From the NCBI GenBank assembly GCA_046733635.1, contig JBKPPO010000091.1:10-64009 (forward strand): 64,000 nucleotides of DNA, given 5' to 3'. The position numbers and the translations under genes are program-made. This stretch comes from Pseudomonadota bacterium. GTDB taxonomy: Bacteria; Pseudomonadota; Gammaproteobacteria; Steroidobacterales; Steroidobacteraceae. Positions 26,149-34,998 of the stretch are shown in pieces. The notes beneath the pieces are model-generated. The model was not told where the DNA came from. It ran no database searches and was given only the letters and a program-made list of their open reading frames with translations. Numbering within the stretch: the first letter of the stretch is position 1; each line of letters begins with the position of its first letter.

Positions 26149-27542
26149 GCGGCACCGAAGGCCCGCAACAGCCCGCGCGCCTTTGCGCGCGTTTCCTCGA
26201 GCTCGCGCTCGGGAATGGAATCGGCAACGATGCCCGCGCCGGCGCGCAGCTCGATCTCCGAGCCCTGCAACGCCAGCGTGCGAATCAGGATGTTGAAATC
26301 CGCGTCGCCATCGAGGCCCAGCCACCCGAGCGAACCCGTGTAGGCGCCCCGCCCCTCGTTTTCGAGCGCGGCGATGATCTGCATGCACCGGAATTTCGGG
26401 CAGCCGGTGATGGTTCCGCCCGGGAACAGCGCACGAAGCGCATCGACGGCCGTGGCGTCCTCGCGCAGCCGGCCGCGCACGTTCGAGACGATGTGGTGCA
26501 CGTGGGCATACGACTCGGTGACCATGTATTCGTCCACGATCACGGAGCCCGCCACGCATACCCGCCCGAGGTCGTTGCGCTCGAGATCGATGAGCATCAC
26601 GTGTTCCGCGCGCTCTTTCGGATGCTCGACGAGCGCCGCGATGTCCCGCCGGTCCTGCTCGTCGGAGCCACCTTCCGTGGCCGCATGTCGTGCGCGCGTA
26701 CCGGCGATCGGGCGCGTCGAGATGTCACTGCCCTGGATGCGAAGCAGGCGCTCGGGTGACGACGAGAAGACGGACACTCCCTGCCAGGTCGCGCGCGCCG
26801 CGAACGGCGCCGGATTCGCCTGGCGCAACGCTGCATACACCTGGGCATGAGACGCATCCGGCTCCGCAAGCGTGAGCCGCCAGGCGCGCGAGAGATTGGC
26901 CTGGTAGATGTCGCCCTCGGCGATGTGGGCCTTGGCGTGCCGCACGCGCTCGAGAAACTTCTCGGGCGATTCCTCGCGCAGTTCCTTCAAACGTGGCGCC
27001 GGGATCGGAGATTCATCGACGTCGACATCGCGGATCGCGTCGACGAGGGACCGATGCGAGCCGGCGTCGTCGGCTTCGCTGATGACGTACACGGTGTCGC
27101 GAACCTGGTCATGGATCGCCAGCGTCTTCACCCGGAGCGCGAAAGCGGAGAATGGCAGCGGCGCCGGTGGAAGTCGCAGGTGCGGCTCCACCTCTTCGGC
27201 CATCTCGTACCCGAGGTAGACGAACCAGCCACCCGCGAATGGCAGATCGTCGGGTCGCTGGCCCTGCTGCCTTTCGCGCTTCAGCCAGGCCTGCAGGTTG
27301 TCGAGGAATCCACCGGCAACTAGCGGCACGCCGTCGGCACGCAGCTCACCCTGCGCGCCTCTCGTGAGACTGGCCACGGGCGCAGTCGCGAGAAAGCTGA
27401 ACTGCGCCAGCGGACCCTGCGCGGCGCTGTCGAAAAACACGGGGTACCGCGCGGGGTCGTGCTGCGCGAGCATGCGCAGCGCGGCTCCGTCCACGGTCAG
27501 GCGCGTGACGAGAGGTGCGGCGACTGGTTTGCCGGCGTCCAC
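26145..27542 (-). CDS. pabB: aminodeoxychorismate synthase component I
   Basis: Chorismate-binding-enzyme motifs (SSSPERLL, GTITGCPK, RGAYTGSLGW). Adjacent to pabC. Confidence 0.88.
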   Translation of the reverse strand: MDAGKPVAAPLVTRLTVDGAALRMLAQHDPARYPVFFDSAAQGPLAQFSFLATAPVASLTRGAQGELRADGVPLVAGGFLDNLQAWLKRERQQGQRPDDLPFAGGWFVYLGYEMAEEVEPHLRLPPAPLPFSAFALRVKTLAIHDQVRDTVYVISEADDAGSHRSLVDAIRDVDVDESPIPAPRLKELREESPEKFLERVRHAKAHIAEGDIYQANLSRAWRLTLAEPDASHAQVYAALRQANPAPFAARATWQGVSVFSSSPERLLRIQGSDISTRPIAGTRARHAATEGGSDEQDRRDIAALVEHPKERAEHVMLIDLERNDLGRVCVAGSVIVDEYMVTESYAHVHHIVSNVRGRLREDATAVDALRALFPGGTITGCPKFRCMQIIAALENEGRGAYTGSLGWLGLDGDADFNILIRTLALQGSEIELRAGAGIVADSIPERELEETRAKARGLLRAFGAA

Positions 27543-27557
27543 GCGGAACGCGAAGCG

Positions 27558-28805
27558 TCAGCCCTTGAAGCGGCGGAAGATCAGCGAGCCGTTCGTACCG
27601 CCGAATCCGAAGGAGTTCGACAACGCGGCGTCGATCGAGACCTGCCGTGCCGTGTTCGGCACGTAGTCGAGATCGCAGTCCGGATCCGGCGTGTGGTAGT
27701 TGATCGTCGGCGGCGCCACGTTGTCGCGGATCGCGAGGATCGAGAACAACGCTTCCGCCACACCGGCTGCTCCCAGCAAGTGCCCCGTCATCGACTTCGT
27801 CGAGCTCACCGGCAGCTTGTACGCGTAGTCGCCGAAGGCGTTCTTGATGGCGATCGTCTCCGCCTTGTCGCCCAGCGGCGTCGAGGTGGCGTGCGCGTTC
27901 AGGTAATGGATGTCCGTGGGATTCATGCCGGCGTCGCGCAACGCATTGACCATCGCCAGGCGTGCGCCCGCGCCGTCTTCCGGTGGCGCGGTGATGTGAT
28001 AGGCATCGCTGCTCATGCCGAAGCCGACGACTTCCGCGTAGATGCGCGCGCCGCGCGCCCTGGCGTGTTCGAGTTCCTCGAGCACCAGCGCACCGCCGCC
28101 ATCTCCCATGACGAAGCCGTCGCGATCTTTGTCCCAGGGACGGCTCGCGCCCTGCGGATCGTCATTGCGCTCTGAGAGCGCCTTCGCCTGCGAGAAGCCG
28201 GCGAGCGCCGTGGGCGTCGTCGCGCATTCGGAGCCGCCCGCGATGATGATGTCCGCGTCACCGTACTGGATGCTGCGCATCGCGAAGCCGATGGCGTGCG
28301 TGGAGGTCGTGCAGGCGCTGACCACGCCAAGGTTCGGACCGCGCAGCCCGAACTTGATGCTCAGGTGTCCCGCGACCATGTTGCCGATGGTGCTCGGGAT
28401 GTAGAACGGCGAGGTCTTCTTCGGGTTGTGCGTGCGTTCCCAGGTGATGGCTTCGTCTTCGATGCCCGCGAGGCCACCGATGCCCGAACCCATGATGGCG
28501 CCGCAGCGATCGGCGTTCTCCTTGGAGAAATCCAGACCGGAGTCCGCGACCGCCTGAATGCCCGCGCCCATGCCGTAATGCATGAACGGATCCATGCGCC
28601 GCGCTTCCTTGGGCGAGATGTATTGGGAGACGTCGAAACCTTCGACTTCACCCGCGAACCGCGTGGAAAACGGGGAAGCATCGATGCGGGTGATCGGCTT
28701 GATGCCGCTCTTGCCCGCGAGTACCGCGGCCCAGGCCGTGGCAACGTCACTGCCCACTGGCGAAACGATACCCAGCCCGGTCACGACTACACGTCGCTTG
28801 GACAC
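27558..28805 (-). CDS. fabF: beta-ketoacyl-ACP synthase II
   Basis: [15 protein letters not shown], active-site SACTTS, and HATSTPLGD / [11 protein letters not shown] 28805 is preceded by the GAGGA SD. Confidence 0.95.
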   Translation of the reverse strand: MSKRRVVVTGLGIVSPVGSDVATAWAAVLAGKSGIKPITRIDASPFSTRFAGEVEGFDVSQYISPKEARRMDPFMHYGMGAGIQAVADSGLDFSKENADRCGAIMGSGIGGLAGIEDEAITWERTHNPKKTSPFYIPSTIGNMVAGHLSIKFGLRGPNLGVVSACTTSTHAIGFAMRSIQYGDADIIIAGGSECATTPTALAGFSQAKALSERNDDPQGASRPWDKDRDGFVMGDGGGALVLEELEHARARGARIYAEVVGFGMSSDAYHITAPPEDGAGARLAMVNALRDAGMNPTDIHYLNAHATSTPLGDKAETIAIKNAFGDYAYKLPVSSTKSMTGHLLGAAGVAEALFSILAIRDNVAPPTINYHTPDPDCDLDYVPNTARQVSIDAALSNSFGFGGTNGSLIFRRFKG

Positions 28806-28884
28806 ACTATCCTCATTGGATGGAGGTCGGATGGAATGCGGCAGCGGCGGCATTCATTGCCGGCTCCCTGCCGCGGAATGGTGA

Positions 28885-29124
28885 TCAGGACTTGCGGCGC
28901 TCGGAGATGTAGCTGATCGCCTGGCTCACGGTGGTGATCTTCTCGGCGTCTTCATCGGGGATCTCGATTTCGAACTCTTCTTCGAGAGCCATCACCAACT
29001 CGACCGTATCGAGCGAATCGGCACCGAGATCATCGACGAACGAAGCGTCATTGACGACCTGCTCAGCCTTGACGCCCAACTGCTCGGCGACGATCGCCTT
29101 GACCTGCTGTTCAACCGTGCTCAT
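28885..29124 (-). CDS. acpP: acyl carrier protein
   Basis: 79 aa with the [20 protein letters not shown] phosphopantetheine site. Confidence 0.97.
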   Translation of the reverse strand: MSTVEQQVKAIVAEQLGVKAEQVVNDASFVDDLGADSLDTVELVMALEEEFEIEIPDEDAEKITTVSQAISYISERRKS

Positions 29125-29196
29125 TTCTGATTCGCCCTCAATAAATGTGTTGTCACTGACAGCCTCCCCTTCAGGGGGTGGCCGCAGCGGGCGCGT

Positions 29197-29225
29197 ATTC
29201 TAGGGCAAGCGCCCCCTGTTGGCCA
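29197..29225 (-). promoter_or_regulatory. candidate sigma70 promoter for acpP
   Basis: On the minus strand: TGGCCA (29225-29220), a 17-nt spacer, then TAGAAT (29202-29197). An A/C-rich tract lies upstream. Confidence 0.35.
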
Positions 29226-29351
29226 CGCTGTCAAATCGTGAGTCGTTGTTTTTGTTTGTTTTTGGTCGGGATTTGTTGTTGCAGGGACCCCAAAAGTGGG
29301 GTCCAAACAACGCCGTTTCACCGGTTTGGGGCGGCCGGCCAGGCCGTCCGC

Positions 29352-30083
29352 TCAGGCCATGTACATGCCGCCGTTCACGTGCAGGGTCTCGCCGGTGATG
29401 TAGCTGGCGCCCGGGGAACACAGGAACAGCACCGCGGAGGCGATGTCGTCCACGTTGCCGAGTCGGGCCATCGGGACCTGCGCAGTCAGAGCCGTACGCT
29501 GCTCGTCGTTGAGCGCGCGCGTCATGTCGGTATCGATGAAGCCCGGCGCCACCGCGTTCACGGTCACGCCGCGCGACGCGATTTCCTTGGCCAGCGACTT
29601 GGTGAAACCCAGCAGGCCCGCCTTGGCCGCCGCGTAATTTGCCTGCCCGGGGTTGCCCGTGAGGCCCACGATCGACGTGAGCGACACGATGCGGCCCCGA
29701 CGCTCTTTCATCATGCGCTTCAGCACACCCTTTGAAAGGCGGAAGACGCTCGTGAGGTTCGTGGTGATGACCGCATCCCAGTCCTCCGGCTTCATGCGCA
29801 GCAGGAGCATGTCGCGCGTGATGGCCGCGTTGTTCACGAGGATGGTGGGCATCTCGCCTTTCGCGTCGAGGTCGGCCAGCAGGGCGTCGATGGACGCGGC
29901 GCTGCTCACGTCGAGGACCGCGCCGCGACCCTTGTCGCCGAGCGCCGCAGAGATGGACGCCGCGCCGGACTCCGAGGTGGCGGTGCCGATCACGCGCGCG
30001 CCCGCCTCCGCCAGTGACTTTGCGATGGCTTGGCCGATACCGCGCGAAGCGCCGGTGACGAGAGCGATGTCGTTATTGAGCAT
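29352..30083 (-). CDS. fabG: 3-oxoacyl-ACP reductase
   Basis: SDR motifs TGASRGIG, NNAAI and YAAAKAG. fab cluster context. Confidence 0.95.
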   Translation of the reverse strand: MLNNDIALVTGASRGIGQAIAKSLAEAGARVIGTATSESGAASISAALGDKGRGAVLDVSSAASIDALLADLDAKGEMPTILVNNAAITRDMLLLRMKPEDWDAVITTNLTSVFRLSKGVLKRMMKERRGRIVSLTSIVGLTGNPGQANYAAAKAGLLGFTKSLAKEIASRGVTVNAVAPGFIDTDMTRALNDEQRTALTAQVPMARLGNVDDIASAVLFLCSPGASYITGETLHVNGGMYMA

Positions 30084-30092
30084 GGGAAGTTC

Positions 30093-31055
30093 TCAGGCAG
30101 GAAGCGCGGCGGCCGCGGCTTGGAAGGATTCGGGTTCGTCGAGCGTGAACACCTGTGTATCGCGTGTGCGCTCGATGCGCTTCACGAGTCCGGCGAGCAC
30201 GCCCCCGGGGCCACATTCGACGATGCGCGTGACCCCGGCGCTGGTCAGCGCGGTGACCGTGGCGGTCCAGCGCACGGGACTCGACAGCTGGCGCACGAGT
30301 AATCCGCGGATGTCGTCGGGCGCGGAATGTTCCTTGCCATCGACGGCGCTCACGTATCGGATCTGCGGTGCGCGAATCTCCGTCGACGCGAGCCGCTCGC
30401 CGAGCCGCAATCCGGCGGCCCGCATGAGGCTGCTGTGCGACGGCACACTCACGGGTAGTTCGATCGCGCGTTTGGCGCCGCGCGCCTTCGCGTTGTCGAT
30501 GGCGCGCAGCACGGCCGCTTTCTCGCCCGCGATCACCACCTGTCCGGGCGCATTGAAGTTGACGGCCTCGACCACGGAGCCGGCGGCCGCTTCCGCGCAT
30601 GCCGCCTCGACGTCGGCGTCTTCGAGACCTAACAAGGCAGCCATCGATCCCGTGCCGAGCGGCACGGCTTCCTGCATGGCTTTGCCGCGGAACCGCACCA
30701 GGTCGACGCAGGTGCCGAAGTCGATCGCTCCGGCGGCCACGAGCGCCGTGAATTCGCCCAGGCTGTGGCCGGTGACCACACCCGGCAATGCACCCCGGCG
30801 CTCCTGCCACAATCGCCAGACGGCGATACCCGCCGCCAGCATCGCCGGCTGCGTGCGCTCGGTCGCATTGAGATCTTCCACCGGGCCCTGGCTTGCGAGT
30901 TGCCAGAGGTCGTAACCCAGCACCGTCGAAGCTTCGTCGAAGGTGGCGCGGATCACCGGCGCTTCGTCCGCGAGTTTCGCGAGCATGCCGATGGCTTGGG
31001 AGCCTTGTCCGGGAAAGACGAAGGCCAGGTCGTTCGAAGTGTTTACGTTTGACAT
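30093..31055 (-). CDS. fabD: malonyl-CoA:ACP transacylase
   Basis: FVFPGQGSQ and the GHSLGEF active site. Confidence 0.95.
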   Translation of the reverse strand: MSNVNTSNDLAFVFPGQGSQAIGMLAKLADEAPVIRATFDEASTVLGYDLWQLASQGPVEDLNATERTQPAMLAAGIAVWRLWQERRGALPGVVTGHSLGEFTALVAAGAIDFGTCVDLVRFRGKAMQEAVPLGTGSMAALLGLEDADVEAACAEAAAGSVVEAVNFNAPGQVVIAGEKAAVLRAIDNAKARGAKRAIELPVSVPSHSSLMRAAGLRLGERLASTEIRAPQIRYVSAVDGKEHSAPDDIRGLLVRQLSSPVRWTATVTALTSAGVTRIVECGPGGVLAGLVKRIERTRDTQVFTLDEPESFQAAAAALPA

Positions 31056-31082
31056 GGGGCGCGGAGTATAGCCGCTCGCCTG

Positions 31083-31697
31083 CTAGGACCTCGCACGGAC
31101 CCCGGGAGTCAGCGCGAGGACTACACCGCCGATGGCGCCGTAGAGATGCGCATCGACTATGGTCGTTGCGTTCTCCTCGAACGGCAGCGATCCCATGAAC
31201 TGCTCATAAGAAAGCTTCACGACGATGAACACGGCGAGGATCCAGCCGTCGAGATCCCGACGCCGCAGATGCGCCAGCGTGCCGGCCGTCATGACACCGT
31301 GCAGCGCGCCCGACGCGCCCACGTACCACTCCACTTCCGGGCTCCAGAACCACAGGCCCAGGCTCACGGCCGCGCAGGTGCCGAGATAGATAGCCAGCCA
31401 GCGGCCGGGACTGTAGTCGCGCGCGAAGAGTGCCCACATGAGCACGAGCCCCATGCTGTTGAGCACGGCGTGTTCCAGATCCAGGTGCACGAAATGCGCC
31501 GACAACAGCCGCCACAGCTCGCCTGCCTGCACGGCCGGGCGGTCGTAGCGCATCCACTCCCGGGCCGCCGCCCCGCCATCCCATTCCGGAGCCAGCAGCA
31601 CGAGGACGATACCGGCCAGCGCCCAGCCGTAGGCCCGGTCGGCATTCAGCGACTTGAGGACACCGGCTAACCCGCCGACAGGGGCTTCAGCGTTCAT
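31083..31697 (-). CDS. rrtA: rhombosortase (rhomboid-family intramembrane serine protease for GlyGly-CTERM proteins)
   Basis: 204 aa and polytopic. ELWRLLSAHFVHLDLEH and the catalytic-type GASGALHG motif. Small size and motif order fit rhombosortase rather than GlpG. Confidence 0.75.
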   Translation of the reverse strand: MNAEAPVGGLAGVLKSLNADRAYGWALAGIVLVLLAPEWDGGAAAREWMRYDRPAVQAGELWRLLSAHFVHLDLEHAVLNSMGLVLMWALFARDYSPGRWLAIYLGTCAAVSLGLWFWSPEVEWYVGASGALHGVMTAGTLAHLRRRDLDGWILAVFIVVKLSYEQFMGSLPFEENATTIVDAHLYGAIGGVVLALTPGVRARS

Positions 31698-31761
31698 TTG
31701 CTATCATGCGCGCCGGTCGTTTTCGCCACGTTTCCCCATCTCCAGACCTCACAGGCATCAC

Positions 31762-32205
31762 ATGAATTCGCGCTCTCTCCGGCTCGCCCGCGGCTTCACA
31801 CTCATCGAGATCATGGTGGTCGTGGTGATCATCGGCCTGCTGGCCGCGGTGATCCTGCCCAATGTCTTCGGAAACGTCGAGAAAGCGCAGGTCAACAAGG
31901 CCAAGAGCGACATCCAGGCCATCGAGACCGCGCTCACGATGTTCAAGCTCGACAACTACAAATATCCGTCCACGGACCTCGGGCTCACCGCGCTCTACCA
32001 GCGCCCCAACGACCCCACCATCCGCAACTGGCGCGAAAACGGCTACGTGAAGCGCATCAGCGCGGATCCCTGGGGCAATCCCTACCAGTACATCTTCCCG
32101 GGCACGCGTGGTCAGGAGTACGACCTCTACTCGTTTGGCGCCGACGGCCAGGAAGGCGGCGAAGGCCCGAATGCGGACATCGGCAACTGGAATCTCGGCC
32201 AATAA
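31762..32205 (+). CDS. gspG: type II secretion major pseudopilin GspG
   Basis: Prepilin N-terminus RGFTLIEIMVVVVIIGLLAA. GspG body (KAKSDI..IETAL..FKLDNYKYPST, DPWGNPYQY). Confidence 0.95.
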   Translation: MNSRSLRLARGFTLIEIMVVVVIIGLLAAVILPNVFGNVEKAQVNKAKSDIQAIETALTMFKLDNYKYPSTDLGLTALYQRPNDPTIRNWRENGYVKRISADPWGNPYQYIFPGTRGQEYDLYSFGADGQEGGEGPNADIGNWNLGQ

Positions 32206-32227
32206 GCCGCGCTTCGCGGCCGGGAAC

Positions 32228-32812
32228 ATGACTGCGCGGGCGCCGCGCGTCCGCTCGAAGGGCTTCACGCTCATCGAGATCATGATCGTCGTGTTCATCG
32301 TCGGACTCATCACGGCTGCGGCCGTCATCTCCTTCGGCGGCGACCGGCGCGACACCGAACTCGATAAAGAGGCGGAGCGCCTCCATGCCCTCATCGACTA
32401 CGCGCGTGAACAGGCCGAGCTGCAGACCCGAGACTACGGCGTGCGCATGGATCGGCTCGGATACGGGTTCGTGGTCTTCAACCCGCTGAGCAATGAATGG
32501 CGCTACGCCGAGGAAGACGACGCGCTGCGCGAACGCAAGTGGCCCGACGGCCTGATCCCGGGGCTCGTGGTCGAAGGCCGCAATGTCGTGCTCGACGTGC
32601 GCAAGCCCGACGTCACGGACTTCAAGCCGCAGGTCATGATCTTCGCGAACGGCGATCTGTCCTCGTTCGAGGTCTCGCTGGCGCGTGAGGGTACGGAGCC
32701 CGACAACCGCGCGCGCATCTACACCAACGAGCAATCCTTCGTGCAGTTGCTGCTTCCCGGTCAGACCGAGGAGTCGCTGAAGGCTGCCGCTGTCGCGGCC
32801 AATTCGCAATGA
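32228..32812 (+). CDS. gspH: type II secretion minor pseudopilin GspH
   Basis: KGFTLIEIMIVVFIVGL prepilin motif. Position after gspG. Confidence 0.85.
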   Translation: MTARAPRVRSKGFTLIEIMIVVFIVGLITAAAVISFGGDRRDTELDKEAERLHALIDYAREQAELQTRDYGVRMDRLGYGFVVFNPLSNEWRYAEEDDALRERKWPDGLIPGLVVEGRNVVLDVRKPDVTDFKPQVMIFANGDLSSFEVSLAREGTEPDNRARIYTNEQSFVQLLLPGQTEESLKAAAVAANSQ

Positions 32813-33402
32813 TCGGGCGCCCGGGTTCACGCGGCTTCACGCTGCTCGAGGTGCTGATCGCACTCGCCATCGTCGCCGTCTCGGCGGGCGCGCTGCTCGG
32901 CACCGTCACCTCCTCCGCGAGCAATGTGCTCTATCTCAAGGACAAGACGCTGGCCGAATGGGTGGCGCTCAATCGCGTGACGGAGATCCGCACCGCGCAG
33001 ACCAAACCAGGCACGGGCCGGCGCAAGGGCAATTCCGTGATGGGCGGCATGCGCTGGGAGTGGGAGGAGACGATCACCGAACTACCCGTGGAAGGCATGT
33101 TCCGCATCGAGGTGCGAGCGCACAGCCTGGGTGAACCCGTCGACGATTCGAAGCCGGTGGAGAAATCCACTTCGCAGACGCCGGCGCCCTCCACCTCCGC
33201 GGGTAGCGAGATGGATCGCGTGGCCTGGACGTCCACGGCCTTCGGGGTATTCGGTAGTTCGACCTCGGATTCACGCACACCCATCGGCGCGCCATTCACG
33301 GGCGACCTGACCTCGAACCCGGGCGGCAATCCCGGCGGACAACCCGGTCCGGGCGGCGCCCCGGCGCCTGCGCCGCCGCGCACGGGAGCTCCGGCCTCAT
33401 GA
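32809..33402 (+). CDS. gspI: type II secretion minor pseudopilin GspI with an unusual ~75-aa Pro/Gly/Ser/Thr-rich C-terminal extension
   Basis: RGFTLLEVLIALAIVAV prepilin motif and a GspI core to about residue 120. The frame stays open with high GC3 until TGA 33400-33402, which overlaps the gspJ ATG. Confidence 0.85.
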   Translation: MIGRPGSRGFTLLEVLIALAIVAVSAGALLGTVTSSASNVLYLKDKTLAEWVALNRVTEIRTAQTKPGTGRRKGNSVMGGMRWEWEETITELPVEGMFRIEVRAHSLGEPVDDSKPVEKSTSQTPAPSTSAGSEMDRVAWTSTAFGVFGSSTSDSRTPIGAPFTGDLTSNPGGNPGGQPGPGGAPAPAPPRTGAPAS

Positions 33403-34034
33403 CGCACGCGCGCGGATTCACCATCGTCGAGGTCATGGTCGCCATCTTCATCGCGGCCATCATGTTCGCCATCGGTTACGGGGCGATCAATCAGGCGCTG
33501 CGCGATCGCGATTCCATCAATGCCTCGCAGGAGCGCGTGAGCGAGATCCAGCGCGGCATGCGGGTGGTGGCTCAGGACCTCACGCAGATCGTGGCGCGCG
33601 CCGCGCGCGACACCAGCGGCACGGGCCAGCTCATGCCGGCCGTGTTCGCCACCGGCAGCGACAACGTCCTCGTCACGTTCACGCGTGCGGGGTGGACCAA
33701 TCCCGCGGGCCTGCAGCGCCCCGCGGAGCAGCGAGTGCGTTACCGGTTCCTCGACGGCTCCCTGGTGCGCGAATACTGGAACACCGTGGACCCGGCGCTG
33801 AATACCGAACCGCGCCAGCGCATCCTCATCACGAAGGTGAAATCCGCGGAGATCCGATTCCTGGATCCGGCTTCGCGCAACTGGCGCACGGACTGGCCGG
33901 TGTCACAGCCTTCGGGCCAGATCAGCCCCGCCCAGACGGACATCGCGCTGCTCACGCGCCCGTTGCTCATCGAGTTCACGCTGGTGCTCGAGGACTGGGG
34001 CCGCGTGCAGCGACTGTTCGAGATTCCGACGTGA
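33399..34034 (+). CDS. gspJ: type II secretion minor pseudopilin GspJ
   Basis: RGFTIVEVMVAIFIAAI prepilin motif. GspJ-like body (RVRYRFLDGSLVRE). Confidence 0.88.
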   Translation: MTHARGFTIVEVMVAIFIAAIMFAIGYGAINQALRDRDSINASQERVSEIQRGMRVVAQDLTQIVARAARDTSGTGQLMPAVFATGSDNVLVTFTRAGWTNPAGLQRPAEQRVRYRFLDGSLVREYWNTVDPALNTEPRQRILITKVKSAEIRFLDPASRNWRTDWPVSQPSGQISPAQTDIALLTRPLLIEFTLVLEDWGRVQRLFEIPT

Positions 34035-34996
34035 ACGCGGCACGCGTACGCCAGCGCGGCATCGCCCTGCTCGTCGCCGTGGTGATGTTCGCCATCGCGA
34101 CGACGGTGGCTGCGGCCATCACGTACAACAAGGCGATGGCGGCGCGGCGCGCGGCTGCCACGTTCACGCTCGAGCAGGCATTGCAGGCCGGCATGGCGGC
34201 GGAAGCGCTGGCGGCGGTCGCGCTCGAAGACGACGCGACCAACTCGCGCACCGAACTCAACAACGCCTGGGCTCAGGCCGTGGGCCCTCTCGAGATCGAA
34301 GGGACTGGCGCGTGGATCCAGGCGCAGGTGGAAGACCTCACTTCGCGGTTCAATCTCAACAGCCTGGTGAAGTGGAACGGCACGGTCGGAATCTTCGAAG
34401 CCGACCCTCGCCAGGTGAACGCGTTTCGCGAACTGCTGGCCACGCTGAACATCGATCAGAAATACGCCGACCTGCTGGTCGACTGGATAGACACCGACAT
34501 CCAGCCGCAGTCCACGGGCGGCGGCGAGGACACCTTGTATCTCACGCAGGTGCCGCCCTACCGTCCGCCGAATACCTTCATCACGCATCCCTCGGAACTG
34601 CTGGCCCTGCCGGGGTTCGGGCCGGAGAACTACGCGTTGATCGCGCCCTATGTGACCGCGCTGCCGCTCAGCGCCAAGGTGAATCCCTGCACGGCCAGCG
34701 GGCTCACGCTCGACATCGTCATCAACGATCCCACCTCGCAGTCGAACTGGCAGAACGCGCAGCTCCAGCAGAGCCGGCAGAAGAGCTGTTTTCCCACCAA
34801 GAACGACGTGCTGGCGGCCATCGCCGACCCGCAGGTCAAACAGGCGGCGGGCGACAACCTCCAGGAGAAATCCGACTGGTTCCGCCTGCGCACCTACATC
34901 CGTATTGGCACTGCGGAATTCGTTTTGTACAGTGTCCTTCTCCGCGAGCCGAACAACCGCGTGCGTACCGTTCAGCGCAGCTTTGGAACCGAATAA
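34031..34996 (+). CDS. gspK: type II secretion minor pseudopilin GspK
   Basis: GTG 34031 overlaps the gspJ stop codon. QRGIALLVAVVMFAIATTVAAA N-terminus. GspK-like GEDTLYL and HPSELLALPGF motifs. Confidence 0.85.
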   Translation: MNAARVRQRGIALLVAVVMFAIATTVAAAITYNKAMAARRAAATFTLEQALQAGMAAEALAAVALEDDATNSRTELNNAWAQAVGPLEIEGTGAWIQAQVEDLTSRFNLNSLVKWNGTVGIFEADPRQVNAFRELLATLNIDQKYADLLVDWIDTDIQPQSTGGGEDTLYLTQVPPYRPPNTFITHPSELLALPGFGPENYALIAPYVTALPLSAKVNPCTASGLTLDIVINDPTSQSNWQNAQLQQSRQKSCFPTKNDVLAAIADPQVKQAAGDNLQEKSDWFRLRTYIRIGTAEFVLYSVLLREPNNRVRTVQRSFGTE

Positions 34997-34998
34997 CC

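Noticed and set aside
29285-29304. GGACCCCAaaagTGGGGTCC hairpin after fabG, considered as an intrinsic terminator.
   Set aside because: On the coding (minus) strand it is followed by CTGCAACAAC, not a U tract. I list it only within the spacer finding.
33170-33402. Possibility that the long GspI tail is an artefact (frameshift or non-coding spacer).
   Set aside because: The frame is continuous and third-codon positions stay strongly G/C-rich. It also ends in the same ATGA coupling used elsewhere in the operon, so I kept it as coding, reported as a finding to verify.
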